A stretch of 64,000 nt of DNA from an uncultured Candidatus Saccharibacteria bacterium (lineage in GTDB: Bacteria > Patescibacteriota > Doudnabacteria > UBA920), in assembly GCA_964631145.1 (NCBI GenBank), contig CAZVXT010000001.1:553797-617796 (forward strand), in the 5' to 3' direction. How positions within the stretch are numbered: the first letter of the stretch is position 1; every line of letters starts with the position of its first letter. The notes beneath the pieces were generated by a model. The model searched no databases. It was given only the letters and a program-made list of their open reading frames with translations, and was not told the origin of the DNA. Below, in pieces: positions 41,743 to 52,307 of this stretch. Position numbers and translations under genes: made by a program.

Positions 41743-42447
41743 TTATTGCTTTGCATTAACTGCACTGCTACGACCTTCTGCAATAGCATCCGCAATAATA
41801 CCGGTAATCAAAGTAACAGCGTGACTAGAATCGTCATTTGCTGGAATTGGATAATTAACCAAATCTGGGTTTGTATTAGTATCTGTTATAGCAATTACAG
41901 GTACTTTCATTTTGCGAGCTTCTGCCAAAGCAATATCATCATGATGAATATCAACAATAAATACAGCTTGTGGGGTGCGCTTCATTTCTTTAATACCTTC
42001 AAAAAGTTGAGTTAACTTTTCAATTTCACGTTCGATAAGCAAACGTTCTTTTTTGGTATACTTTACATCAAAATCTGCAGAAGCTTTTTGTTGTTCTAAT
42101 TTTTCTAGCTTACGAACTGTTTTTTGAATAGTTCTGAAGTTAGTAAAAGTTCCACCTAACCAACGTAAGTTTACATACGGCATGCCAATCTTAGATGCTT
42201 GTGCTTTTACAATATCGCGAGCTTGGCGCTTTGTGCCTATAAATAAAATGTTACCGCCAGCTTTTGCAATATCACCAGCAAACTTTGCAGCCTTTTCTAA
42301 AGCTGTTTTGGTTTTTTCTAAATCAATGATATGTACATTATTGCGGGTCGCAAAAATATACTGCTTCATTTTTGGATTCCAGCGGGAAGCCTTATGCCCA
42401 AAGTGAGCACCGCTTTTTAGCAACTCTAAAAGACTAATATCTTTCAT
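41743..42447 (-). CDS. rpsB: 30S ribosomal protein S2
   Basis: GAHFGH..RWNPKM, RWLGGTFTNF, DTN, PANDD. Confidence 0.98.
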   Translation of the reverse strand: MKDISLLELLKSGAHFGHKASRWNPKMKQYIFATRNNVHIIDLEKTKTALEKAAKFAGDIAKAGGNILFIGTKRQARDIVKAQASKIGMPYVNLRWLGGTFTNFRTIQKTVRKLEKLEQQKASADFDVKYTKKERLLIEREIEKLTQLFEGIKEMKRTPQAVFIVDIHHDDIALAEARKMKVPVIAITDTNTNPDLVNYPIPANDDSSHAVTLITGIIADAIAEGRSSAVNAKQ

Positions 42448-42619
42448 GTTGTTATCCTTTCACACCTATTTCGCGTCCGGTTTTATCTCTAGTAAGAGCC
42501 ATAAAACTGCAGGATAACTGCGAAATATGTTTAATTAATACAAAAAAAGTATAACAAACCTTGACTATTTTGGCAAGGGCGGGTATAATTACCAAAGCAT
42601 AAACCTTGATTATTTTTAT

Positions 42620-42883
42620 ATGAAAACAGGAATTCACCCAAAATATAACGACACTGTACAAGTAGCTTGTGCATGTGGCAACAAATTTACAACTGGTTCA
42701 GTTTTATCTCAAATCGATACTGAAATCTGCAGCAATTGTCATCCGTTTTATACTGGAAAGCAAAAGATTTTAGATACTACTGGTAATGTTGACCGCTTTA
42801 GTAAGCGTCGTGCTGCTGGAGAAAAAGCTTTGGCAGAAAAGAAAGAAAAAAAGCCTCGTAAAGCTCGCGTTGCAAAAGCTTAA
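42620..42883 (+). CDS. rpmE: 50S ribosomal protein L31 (zinc type)
   Basis: [23 protein letters not shown]. Confidence 0.97.
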   Translation: MKTGIHPKYNDTVQVACACGNKFTTGSVLSQIDTEICSNCHPFYTGKQKILDTTGNVDRFSKRRAAGEKALAEKKEKKPRKARVAKA

Positions 42884-43008
42884 CAAATACTTAAAAAAGA
42901 CCCATTTTCGGGTCTTTTTTTATTCCCTGCTTATATTCTCAACTATTGACATTTTATTAAATTTATGATATGATATCATCATAAAATCAAAAAAAATTGG
43001 AGGAAACT

Positions 43009-43620
43009 ATGAGTAAAGATACTAAAGACTTTTTAGGATTTATGGGGTTAATTATTGGAATGATTTTGCTATCAGCAATTTTAACTGCAATATTTGGAGA
43101 TGGGATCATCAACATGATTGGCAGTTTAATTGTGTTATATGCTATAGTAGCCATCCCATGCCTGCTAATAGCGTTTGTCAGCCTGTTTGTATTTGTCAAA
43201 AAAGGCAATTACACCAATGGCAAAGAAACTCTACGTCGAGCATTTTTAATTAGTTTATTCTTTGTTTCATTTCATCTCGTTTTTAGCTGGCATTTAGGTC
43301 AACTAAAAAATGAATTTGATGCAAAAAGCTGGAACTGCAACGAAGACAGCATCAATGCTGTTTACGAATGCAACGGTAATCTTGATGAAATTATTTATCG
43401 TCGCAATATAACGATGAATAATTCTCACTTCATTAATGTTGGCAGTTGGTGGACAAATGGTTTAATCAATACCCGGTTTATGGCACACATCTTTGTGCCA
43501 GGAATCAAATGGATTAAAGATTGGTATTATGCTAAGCCGAAAGTTACAAAACCAATAAACAACTCAAAAATGACAAATTCAGAATCAAAAAATGAATCTG
43601 GCAAATGTGCCGGATGTTAA
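43009..43620 (+). CDS. hypothetical membrane protein (solo unit between rpmE and prfA)
   Basis: Three TMs; TTGACA-N17-TATGAT at 42946, GGAGG SD, terminator ~43629-43661. Confidence 0.7.
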   Translation: MSKDTKDFLGFMGLIIGMILLSAILTAIFGDGIINMIGSLIVLYAIVAIPCLLIAFVSLFVFVKKGNYTNGKETLRRAFLISLFFVSFHLVFSWHLGQLKNEFDAKSWNCNEDSINAVYECNGNLDEIIYRRNITMNNSHFINVGSWWTNGLINTRFMAHIFVPGIKWIKDWYYAKPKVTKPINNSKMTNSESKNESGKCAGC

Positions 43621-43721
43621 CAAACTTTGGGCACGAGACACACTCTCCTCTGCCCTTTTTTATTTACTTTATTCTTTTATAAGCCTTGTTTTAGGCTTTT
43701 TTTAATGGTAAAATAAACATT

Positions 43722-44792
43722 ATGAATCCTGCATTTATACAAATTTTAGAAGAATATCACAAACTAACTAACGAGCTCAGCTCTGGTGAAAATGTAGATA
43801 TTGCTAAACTCGGCAAGCGTCAAGCCGAGCTTTTGCCAGTGGTACAGAAAATTGAGGCACTTCAAAAAATGCAGAGCGATATAGAAGGCAATAAAGAATT
43901 TCTCGACAGCGATGATGAGCAAATGAAAAACATGGCTGCAGAAGAAATCAAAGAGCTGGAGTCAAAAATTATAGAAGTTACTGATCAAATTGAAGAGCTT
44001 CTTTTGCCAAAAGACCCAAACGATGATAAAAATTGTATCTTAGAAATGCGTGCTGGCGCTGGTGGCGACGAAAGTAGCTTGTTTGCAGCAGAAATGTTTC
44101 GAGCCTATTCAAAATATGCAGAAAGCCAAGGCTGGAGCACAAAAATTGTTTCTAGTTCCCGTAGCGATAGCGGTGGCTTTAAAGAAGTGATTTTTGAAAT
44201 TACCGGACGAAGCAGTGGGCAAAGTATGCCTTATTCAAAATTTAAATATGAATCTGGTGTACACAGAGTACAGCGTGTTCCCGAAACAGAAAAAAATGGT
44301 CGTGTACACACCTCAACTATTACTGTCGCTGTAATGCCAGAGCTTAAAGAAAGCGATTATCAAATTGATCCTAAAGATTTAAAGATAGAAGCCACAACCT
44401 CTTCTGGCGCTGGCGGACAAAGTGTTAACACTACATATAGTGCTATTCGTATTGTTCACATCCCTACAGGCATTGTGGCTACATGTCAGGACGAACGCAG
44501 TCAAGCTCAAAATAAAGAAAAAGCGCTAGCAGTAATTCGCGCTCGCGTTTCTAGCTACTACCGCGAGATTGAAGAAGCCAAGCTTACTGCTAATCGCCGT
44601 AGCCAAATTGGGACTGGTGATAGAAGTGAAAAAATCCGCACTTACAATTTCCCACAAGATCGTGTAACTGACCACAGAATAAATAAAAACTTTAATCAGA
44701 TTAGCCTTATCATGGAAGGAGAATTTGAAGATATTATTAGTAGTATCCAAAAAGCTGAAATCGAACTTAAAAAAGAAAACCTAGCCAAGTAA
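43722..44792 (+). CDS. prfA: peptide chain release factor 1
   Basis: [13 protein letters not shown] (PxT), [17 protein letters not shown]. Confidence 0.97.
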   Translation: MNPAFIQILEEYHKLTNELSSGENVDIAKLGKRQAELLPVVQKIEALQKMQSDIEGNKEFLDSDDEQMKNMAAEEIKELESKIIEVTDQIEELLLPKDPNDDKNCILEMRAGAGGDESSLFAAEMFRAYSKYAESQGWSTKIVSSSRSDSGGFKEVIFEITGRSSGQSMPYSKFKYESGVHRVQRVPETEKNGRVHTSTITVAVMPELKESDYQIDPKDLKIEATTSSGAGGQSVNTTYSAIRIVHIPTGIVATCQDERSQAQNKEKALAVIRARVSSYYREIEEAKLTANRRSQIGTGDRSEKIRTYNFPQDRVTDHRINKNFNQISLIMEGEFEDIISSIQKAEIELKKENLAK

Positions 44793-45607
44793 TGACTATC
44801 TCTGAAGTTTTTAAAAAATATAATAATATCGAAGTTGAGCTGCTTTTAGAAAAAGTTTTAAAGCTATCTAAAGAGCAGCTTTTTGTTAATCACAAACAAG
44901 TATTAACGGCAAAGCAGGTAGATAAATTGACACGACTTGCTCATGAGAGAGTTAAGGGCAAGCCAATAGCTTATATTTTAGGATACAAACATTTTTATGG
45001 ACTAAAATTTAAGGTCAATAAAAACACTCTTATCCCCCGTCCAGAAAGCGAATGGCTGGTAGATAGAGCTATTAGCCATATTAAAAAGAATAGAGGCAGA
45101 GCTCTTAATATTGCAGATATCGGCACAGGTTCTGGCTGCTTGATAATTAGCACTGCCCATACTGCAGGTAATGATAAAATTAAATACTACGCTTCAGACA
45201 TAAGTTTAGAAGCTCTTAAAATTGCAAAGTATAACAGTCAAATACATCATGCAAATATTTCTTTTAAACATTCAGATTTATTATCAGGATATAAACAAAA
45301 ATTTGATTTAATATTTGCCAATCTCCCCTATGTTCCATTATCTTCTTACCAAAATTTAAAAGAAGGTTTAAAATATGAGCCTCGGAACGCAATTACCACC
45401 GAAGATGAAGTTTGGAAAATTTATAATAGATTTTTAGATCAAGCATCTAATAAACTTAATGCTAATGGCGTTATACTTTTTGAAATTGATCCTCTGCAAA
45501 AACCAATTTTAGGTAAAGAAATAAAAAAAAGAGTACCTGGAGCAAAAATTAAATTTGCTAAAGATATTCAGGGTTTATGGAGATACTGTGAGGTAAAAGC
45601 TGGTTAA
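44792..45607 (+). CDS. prmC: release factor glutamine methyltransferase
   Basis: LIPRPESE, DIGTGSG, NLPY, EP. Confidence 0.95.
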   Translation: MTISEVFKKYNNIEVELLLEKVLKLSKEQLFVNHKQVLTAKQVDKLTRLAHERVKGKPIAYILGYKHFYGLKFKVNKNTLIPRPESEWLVDRAISHIKKNRGRALNIADIGTGSGCLIISTAHTAGNDKIKYYASDISLEALKIAKYNSQIHHANISFKHSDLLSGYKQKFDLIFANLPYVPLSSYQNLKEGLKYEPRNAITTEDEVWKIYNRFLDQASNKLNANGVILFEIDPLQKPILGKEIKKRVPGAKIKFAKDIQGLWRYCEVKAG

Positions 45608-45633
45608 AATTATGTAAATTTTTAGGAGGAAAT

Positions 45634-45987
45634 ATGCAAGTTGTTATAAGCAAGCCGTTCATCAAATCCACTATAGGTTACTGGGGACAATTTATAATAG
45701 CGATAATAGCTGCCGTAATTAAATTTTTCTTTAATATAGATGTTTATACCATATCAATAATTGCTTCTTTTACTGCAGGAGTTATAAATTTTTATTATCA
45801 ACTACAATCTAAACATAGCATAAGCGATAGTCTTAGTAATTCGTTTTTTAAAATAGGTAAACTTTTTACTTTAATTATGGCTTTACTGATAGCTATATTA
45901 GATCCAATTCATAACTGCATAGACATGCTGCTATGGGTAACCGCGGCATACTTGCTAATTTATCTATTTCAAAAACCGCCTAAATAA
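45634..45987 (+). CDS. hypothetical 4-TM membrane protein
   Basis: AGGAGG SD; hydrophobic; terminator ~45973-45998. Confidence 0.65.
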   Translation: MQVVISKPFIKSTIGYWGQFIIAIIAAVIKFFFNIDVYTISIIASFTAGVINFYYQLQSKHSISDSLSNSFFKIGKLFTLIMALLIAILDPIHNCIDMLLWVTAAYLLIYLFQKPPK

Positions 45988-46008
45988 ATAGGCGGTTTAT
46001 TTTATATA

Positions 46009-46662
46009 TTATTTAGTTTCTTCAGTTTCTGGCTTTTCTTCTGGACCAACCGCAGCAGCTACTGCAGCGGCTTCATCAACCTCAGAAGCTAAGTCAGCTT
46101 CAACATCGCGAGGTTCCTGAACTTTAGCAACTACTTCGTCTGCTTCTGCTTTAATCTTAACTTTACCACTAACTTTAATATCTTTAACTTCTACAACATC
46201 ATCAAAGGAAGCTAATTTAGAAATATCAACTTCTAAATGCTGAGGCAAGTCACCTGGTAAACATTCAACTTCAACTTCAGATAAAACTTTTACCAAAGTT
46301 CCACCAAAAGCTTTTACAGCATGGGATTCACCGATAAATTCTAAAGGAATATTAGCAGTAATTTCTTCATCCATACGAACTTCTAAAAAGTCTACATGAA
46401 TAGGTTCTGTGGTTAAATAATGCGCTTGAACATCTTGAATCAAAACATTCTTGATATCACCGTTTGGTAAAACCAAACCAATGATAGTGCTTTCACCAGC
46501 TTTACGCAAAACTTTAGTGAAATCAATTAAGTTAACGCTAAGGTGTTGGTTTTGTACACCATGTCCATACAATTCTGCAGGAATTAAACCTTGGCGGTAT
46601 AAGCCTTTAGCAGTACGAGTGCTAAGCTCTCTAGTATTTGCTTGTAAACTAATCTTTTCCAT
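46009..46662 (-). CDS. rplY: 50S ribosomal protein L25/Ctc
   Basis: G.IPAELYG, H.DFL, GG.L, CLP..LP. Confidence 0.95.
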   Translation of the reverse strand: MEKISLQANTRELSTRTAKGLYRQGLIPAELYGHGVQNQHLSVNLIDFTKVLRKAGESTIIGLVLPNGDIKNVLIQDVQAHYLTTEPIHVDFLEVRMDEEITANIPLEFIGESHAVKAFGGTLVKVLSEVEVECLPGDLPQHLEVDISKLASFDDVVEVKDIKVSGKVKIKAEADEVVAKVQEPRDVEADLASEVDEAAAVAAAVGPEEKPETEETK

Positions 46663-46664
46663 GT

Positions 46665-46973
46665 TTATAGTTTAGTAATTTCCACTTCAGTAAACGCCTG
46701 GCGATGACCGATCTTGCGACGGTACTTGCTTTTTGGCCTATACTTTAACACATGAATTTTATCACCACGACCTTGGTTTAAAATTTTTGCTTCAACTGAT
46801 TTACCTGACAAAAATGGGGTTCCTACCTCATAATCTTTTTCAGAGAAAACAGCTAAAACATCAGAAAAACTGATTGTATCACCGATTTCACCGGCTAGTT
46901 TTTCTACTTGAATTTTATCACCTTTGGCAACCATATATTGCTTACCACCGGTTTGAATAACTGCTAATGACAT
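46665..46973 (-). CDS. rplU: 50S ribosomal protein L21
   Basis: AVIQTGGKQY, GHRQ.FT. Confidence 0.97.
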   Translation of the reverse strand: MSLAVIQTGGKQYMVAKGDKIQVEKLAGEIGDTISFSDVLAVFSEKDYEVGTPFLSGKSVEAKILNQGRGDKIHVLKYRPKSKYRRKIGHRQAFTEVEITKL

Positions 46974-47084
46974 AAAAATAAAGGTTTTATAAAATTTAAA
47001 TCAATACTTGGATATTTTATCTAACTTTGGCTGGTTTGTCAACAAAAAATTAAAATTATAAGGTTTTAACTAGTGCAAATTGGA

Positions 47085-48131
47085 CTAATGAAGGCTTGTG
47101 CTTAAAATTGTGTCCAAATCAGAGTATTTGAGTTCAAAACCCAAAATTTGGCTAATTTTTGAGTTATCAGCCACGGTTATAGTGGCATCCCCTTCACGAC
47201 GCGGAGATATTTGTACTGGTATAACCTTACCTAAAAATTTTTCTGTAGCGCTTAATATCTGCTTTACAGAATATCCCGAACTAGCCCCAATATTAAATAT
47301 TTGATGCTTTAATTGCTCCATTTTTGGCAAAACAGCACTGTGAGCCCTTGCAATATCCAAAACATGAACATAGTCCCTAATACCTGTACCGTCCGGAGTT
47401 GAGTAATCATCGCCCAGAATATTTAAGTATGGCAAATTGCCACTCGCTACTTCATTGAGCTGAGTTAACAAATGGCTTTTATGGGAAGAATATATAGTTT
47501 TATCAAAATCAGAACCACAAGCATTAAAATATCTAAATATAACTGCGTTAAGCGGGGTAAATTTTGTATAATATTCTATAATTTTCTCACATATCAACTT
47601 TGAATAACCATAAGGATCCAAAGGATTTGTTAAAGCACTTTCGTTGATAGGCATATCTTTCTGAATACCATAAACTGCTGCTGTAGATGAAAAAATAATA
47701 TTATTTACTGCTGCATTATGCATGACTGATAACAAATTCTGGGTTGCGACTGCATTATTCTTAAGATACCAATCAGGTTTTTCTACAGACTCGCCAACTT
47801 CAATACTGGCAGCCAAATGGATAACAGCATTAATCTTGTGTTCTAAAAAAATTCTATTTAAAATACTCAAATCCAACAAATCACCTTGGACAAATTTAGC
47901 TTTAGTATCTAGGTTCTCGGCTTTTCCAGTAGATAAGTTGTCCAAAATAATTACATCATAGCCATCTTTAATTAACTGCCTAACTACATGAGAGCCAATA
48001 TAACCAGCCCCACCGGTAACCAAAACAGTTGATTTAATAGACTGCCCTTGATTTTGAGCTTGAGTCACCAAGCGAGTTAACTGCTCAAGCTGTGGATCGA
48101 TTGTTAAAACTTTATTTAGTATTTGAGACAT
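47085..48131 (-). CDS. galE: UDP-glucose 4-epimerase
   Basis: GGAGYIGSH, FSSTAAVYG, YGYSK, RYFNA, DGTGIRDYVHV. Confidence 0.93.
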   Translation of the reverse strand: MSQILNKVLTIDPQLEQLTRLVTQAQNQGQSIKSTVLVTGGAGYIGSHVVRQLIKDGYDVIILDNLSTGKAENLDTKAKFVQGDLLDLSILNRIFLEHKINAVIHLAASIEVGESVEKPDWYLKNNAVATQNLLSVMHNAAVNNIIFSSTAAVYGIQKDMPINESALTNPLDPYGYSKLICEKIIEYYTKFTPLNAVIFRYFNACGSDFDKTIYSSHKSHLLTQLNEVASGNLPYLNILGDDYSTPDGTGIRDYVHVLDIARAHSAVLPKMEQLKHQIFNIGASSGYSVKQILSATEKFLGKVIPVQISPRREGDATITVADNSKISQILGFELKYSDLDTILSTSLH

Positions 48132-48268
48132 ATTGTTTTTATTATATCTCTTGATTAACAACAAAACAAATTGTTGATTTATATATAATTATAAACACTT
48201 TGCATTATATTTATTTTACGCAAAATAAAAACTCCTCACATAAAGTAAGGAGTCTTTATTTAAATGAC

Positions 48269-50260
48269 TTATGCTTTGATAAAAGCCATAAGAGCATTAC
48301 GCTTGCGCAAAACTACAAATCCTGCGGTAATTAAGCCGGCAAAGATTGCTGCAGATGTAGCAGCACTACCAGTCTTAGGAGCTACAAAGATTTGCTTACC
48401 TGGAATGTTAACAATTACAGTATTACCATAAGTGTTAGAAATCTTGTAAGTCAAATTTTGAGCTAGACTATTTTTGACACGAACTTTAAAGGTTTTAGTA
48501 ACAGTCTCACCTGCACGAATAGTTACGCTTGGGTAAGTAAGTACAGAACCACTTAAAGTTGCACCATTTGCTTCGATCAAGTCTGCAAGTGGTAACACTT
48601 GAGACAAATCATCGCGGATTACATAATTTACTGCATCACCAGTACCAGTATTGGTAGTAGTAAGAGTAAATGTTACAAAATCTTCGCGAGAAGCATCAGT
48701 AGTAGTAGCATCAACGTTTTTAGTATCGTTGAAAGCACGCTTAGAAAGAACAATATTTGGTTGACCTGGGTTAACAACTACAGTAACAGTTACGTCAGCA
48801 GGGTCATTAACTGGACCAACATTGTCAGCTGCAGCGTAAGCAATGTTGCGGATATAAGTATTTCCAGCAGCAGTTACGGTTGCAGAGAAAGTAATTTGTT
48901 TGCTTTGACCAGGGTTCATAGAACCTAAGATCAAATTACGAGTTGTAGTGTAAGTTACACCATCAACACGAACAGTAGCGGTATCTAAGTTTAATCCTGC
49001 AGGAATAACGTCATCAAATCTTGTGTTTGTTAAGACGGTATTACCAGTATTGGTAACAGTAACTTGATAAGTTACACGTTCACCAGTTTTTGCTGAAACA
49101 ACTTCATTGTAACCAGTTCCAGTAGTATCATTTTTAACTACTTTAGCAATAGAAATTGCAGGATTACCAGGGTTTACAACAGGGTTTACAGTTACTAAAG
49201 CAGTATCAGAAACAGAAGCTGTATTAGTACCCTTAGCAGTAGCGGTGTTTACCAAACTACCAGAAGTAGCAACAGTCTTTGAGTTATAAACAATAACTTT
49301 TTCTTGACCAACTTGCATATCACCAAGGCTAATAGCACCTGGGATTACACTTGATGATGTAATACCATCAATGGTCGCAGTACCAGTTTCGAAATTTACA
49401 CCAGCAGCACCAGTATCAGACAAAACAACGTTTTGTGCTACTACAGAACCAGTATTCTTTACAGCGATGCGATATTGAACACGTTCGTTTTGGTTAACTG
49501 CTACAGAATCAGCAAAAGCTGAATTCTTATCTAAACTACGAACTTGCTTGTTGATGCTTAAAGTAGTGTCTGAAGGAGTAGTTGTACCAGTAACTTTAAA
49601 TTTAAAGCTTAGGAACATACTAAATTCGAAACAAGACTTCATATCACCAAGAGTATAAGTAGAATTACCTATATTCAAAGCACCTTTACCAGCAACTGGA
49701 GCACCTTTGTAGTCATATACATAACCACTATTTGGCACTATTTCCAATTTAGCGTTTGCTGGAGTGTGGATAGTAAAGCTTTGAGTAACAGTGTTAGTGT
49801 TATCACCTTTGAAGGTCACACTAATTTTGTGTTGTGATCCAACAGTAGTATCTGTTACTGTGCTAATTTTTACATTCTTAGCAGTAGTTATAGCTGGGTC
49901 AAGGTTATTAGCTGCACCATTGTGAATGTACATCAATGCAACACCTTGTTGACCAACACCTAGATCCAAACCATTGCTCCAATCAGCAGCAGAAGTTGAG
50001 AACTGAGGGTTTTGTACGTCTAAAGCAGCATCAATTGCTGGAAAGTCCATACACTGAGGAGTATTACTATCAGTGTAAATTACCGGCCAATAGTTTAAGG
50101 TTGGCACAACTGGTGGGTTTTGACAGTTTTCTGCAGAAGTATGGATATTGGTTACCTGCGGAATTGCAAATAAAACAACAGCCAAACCAACAACAGCGAT
50201 TAAACTACCAAATAAACCAAGTTTAGCAAATGAGCGACTTTGGAAAATGTTCTTTAGCAT
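48269..50260 (-). CDS. surface protein with DUF11-like repeats and LPXTG-like C-terminal anchor
   Basis: N-terminal signal/TM; three K...GE.V.Y...V.NTG repeats; APKTG + TM + basic tail. Confidence 0.8.
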   Translation of the reverse strand: MLKNIFQSRSFAKLGLFGSLIAVVGLAVVLFAIPQVTNIHTSAENCQNPPVVPTLNYWPVIYTDSNTPQCMDFPAIDAALDVQNPQFSTSAADWSNGLDLGVGQQGVALMYIHNGAANNLDPAITTAKNVKISTVTDTTVGSQHKISVTFKGDNTNTVTQSFTIHTPANAKLEIVPNSGYVYDYKGAPVAGKGALNIGNSTYTLGDMKSCFEFSMFLSFKFKVTGTTTPSDTTLSINKQVRSLDKNSAFADSVAVNQNERVQYRIAVKNTGSVVAQNVVLSDTGAAGVNFETGTATIDGITSSSVIPGAISLGDMQVGQEKVIVYNSKTVATSGSLVNTATAKGTNTASVSDTALVTVNPVVNPGNPAISIAKVVKNDTTGTGYNEVVSAKTGERVTYQVTVTNTGNTVLTNTRFDDVIPAGLNLDTATVRVDGVTYTTTRNLILGSMNPGQSKQITFSATVTAAGNTYIRNIAYAAADNVGPVNDPADVTVTVVVNPGQPNIVLSKRAFNDTKNVDATTTDASREDFVTFTLTTTNTGTGDAVNYVIRDDLSQVLPLADLIEANGATLSGSVLTYPSVTIRAGETVTKTFKVRVKNSLAQNLTYKISNTYGNTVIVNIPGKQIFVAPKTGSAATSAAIFAGLITAGFVVLRKRNALMAFIKA

Positions 50261-50524
50261 TTTCTTAATTCTCTCCCAAAATATTAATAATTTAATATTT
50301 TGATTAATTAATCTGTTGATTTACCCAACCTTTGCCGGCTGTAAATAAATCATATAAGTATACTTTATTTTTACTATTTTGTCAATATTTATAATCGGTG
50401 ATTGGTCATAAATATAACCAAAATAACAAAAAATGGCTTAATTTAGCCATTTTATGAGATAATTATATCCATTATTATATAGTTTGACAAGTCGGTTAAT
50501 TACTAGATTTATAATATTTTTATA

Positions 50525-50710
50525 TTAAATACCTGAATAAATAACACCTTTAAATTCGTTATTAACGATTAAAGGGATTCCTTTAAAAGCTTTAACCTGT
50601 TGAGCCAATCTTTGCACAGTACAAGCATGTTTTCTACCTGTAGCACAGTGGGCACAAAGTCTGCTTAATTTATTTATAATATCTCGTTTTGTTAATTCTA
50701 ATTCTGACAT
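50525..50710 (-). CDS. small Cys/His protein downstream of lexA
   Basis: CAHC...H.C motif, 12 nt after the lexA stop. Confidence 0.65.
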   Translation of the reverse strand: MSELELTKRDIINKLSRLCAHCATGRKHACTVQRLAQQVKAFKGIPLIVNNEFKGVIYSGI

Positions 50711-50722
50711 ATATTTCTAATA

Positions 50723-51334
50723 TTATTCTAAGTTTCTAATTACCCCTACAACCTTACCCTGGATCATCCACTCTTCTTTGGGGTAAATATTTTGATAATC
50801 CGGGTTTTCGGCTTTTAAGTAAGCCCGGTTTTTAATTTGCACGAACCTTTTAACTGTTGCTTCGTCGTGCAGCAAAGCAACTACGATATCATTATTTTTT
50901 GCTTCTTTTGTTGGTCTGACAATTACCAAATCTCCTTCATGGATGCCGGCATTAATCATACTGTCTCCCCTAACTCTCAATAAAAATACATCTCGCCTAC
51001 CTTTGATAAATGTTTGAGGTAAATTTATCCAGTCTTCTATAAACTCTTCTGCTAAATGAGGACTACCCGCTTGTACTGATCCCAAAATAGGAACCCGGAT
51101 TAAACCTTTTTCTAAGCTATCATTTAAACTATTAAGAACTTGAATACCTCTTGCTTTACCGCTGGTCTTTATATAGCCACCTTCTTCTAATGCAGATAAT
51201 AATTTCGCTACAGCATTTTTAGATTTTACTTCTAAATGATTTGCCATTTCTGATAACGATGGAGGTAAATTATAATCTCTAATTTGTGAGACTATAAATT
51301 TTAATAATTGTTTTTGTCTGTCTGTTAGGCTCAT
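50723..51334 (-). CDS. lexA: LexA repressor
   Basis: LTDRQ, PPS..E, Ala-Gly cleavage site (VQAG), GDSM Ser, TVKR Lys. Confidence 0.95.
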   Translation of the reverse strand: MSLTDRQKQLLKFIVSQIRDYNLPPSLSEMANHLEVKSKNAVAKLLSALEEGGYIKTSGKARGIQVLNSLNDSLEKGLIRVPILGSVQAGSPHLAEEFIEDWINLPQTFIKGRRDVFLLRVRGDSMINAGIHEGDLVIVRPTKEAKNNDIVVALLHDEATVKRFVQIKNRAYLKAENPDYQNIYPKEEWMIQGKVVGVIRNLE

Positions 51335-51361
51335 ATATTTATTCTTAATCTATTTATAGAT

Positions 51362-51375
51362 TATACGTTCGTACA
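51362..51375. promoter_or_regulatory. candidate LexA operator in the lexA promoter
   Basis: Imperfect palindrome TGTACGAACGTATA (minus strand) between TTGACA and TATAAT. Confidence 0.5.
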
Positions 51376-51438
51376 CCCAATGTCAATATGTAAAAAACAA
51401 GGCAAATTTGCCTTGTTTAATAATTTATCCACAATTAT

Positions 51439-51669
51439 TTATGATAGTAAATATTTTAAGAATCCTATTAATGTATCAATAACAGTTTTAAGAACTGGAA
51501 TTGATGAAGGCAGTAATACAACTAAAAGAATTAAGTATATAAAATTCTTTTTCAGAACTTGAATTACAGAATAAACCAATAATCCAGCAATAATAAAAGG
51601 GATGACTGGGCGAATAAACTCTGGAAAAATATTGAGGATGCTATTATAAATATCTATTAAAGCTGTCAT
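51439..51669 (-). CDS. small membrane protein
   Basis: Hydrophobic 76-aa ORF in line with neighbours. Confidence 0.65.
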   Translation of the reverse strand: MTALIDIYNSILNIFPEFIRPVIPFIIAGLLVYSVIQVLKKNFIYLILLVVLLPSSIPVLKTVIDTLIGFLKYLLS

Positions 51670-51677
51670 AAATTTAT

Positions 51678-52241
51678 TTAAATTGCTAATGATATATTTG
51701 GGTAGTCAAATATATCTTTTATGAATCTATCAAAAGTATCCTTTCTATCCTGAAATTCTTGCTGCGACATAACAGTGTAATTAATTTCTGTGTTAACTAG
51801 TTCACTATATTTTGTTATAAAATCTCCAAGCTTATTGTTATGCTTTCCTACCAATAAAATATCTACAGGCAAATTAGGTTGCATTACAAAAATTCCTGAT
51901 AAAACAATTTGCTTATAAGAACCAGTGGTTTTGATCCCTGCTAGCAAAGGATCTATGGTAGAAGATAATACATTATTAGTTTTCTGTAATTCCGTCTTTA
52001 TATTCTTTATCAAACCGCTATTAGAATTAACCTGATAAAACAACTCTTCTTCTTTATTAGAAGTTAATAGTAATTGATGATAAGCCAAACTTTTAAGTGC
52101 GCTAATAATTTGAGGTTTTGGACGACCAATGATAGTAACCAACTCCCCCGCGGCGTAAGCTCGGGGTACTGAAAATAGCATGTAAGTCAACAAATCTGTC
52201 TGAACTTCAGATTCTAAAATTTTTGATAAAATAGCTAACAT
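51678..52241 (-). CDS. HTH plus nucleotidyltransferase-like fold protein
   Basis: LSGIF...VDILLVG, EINYTVM...EF..R....DRF; start placed at MLAIL. Confidence 0.65.
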   Translation of the reverse strand: MLAILSKILESEVQTDLLTYMLFSVPRAYAAGELVTIIGRPKPQIISALKSLAYHQLLLTSNKEEELFYQVNSNSGLIKNIKTELQKTNNVLSSTIDPLLAGIKTTGSYKQIVLSGIFVMQPNLPVDILLVGKHNNKLGDFITKYSELVNTEINYTVMSQQEFQDRKDTFDRFIKDIFDYPNISLAI

Positions 52242-52307
52242 ATTACTAATATTATACCATGTGGTGTTCCCACTCTGAATAAATGATATAATGAATATAA
52301 GAATAAT

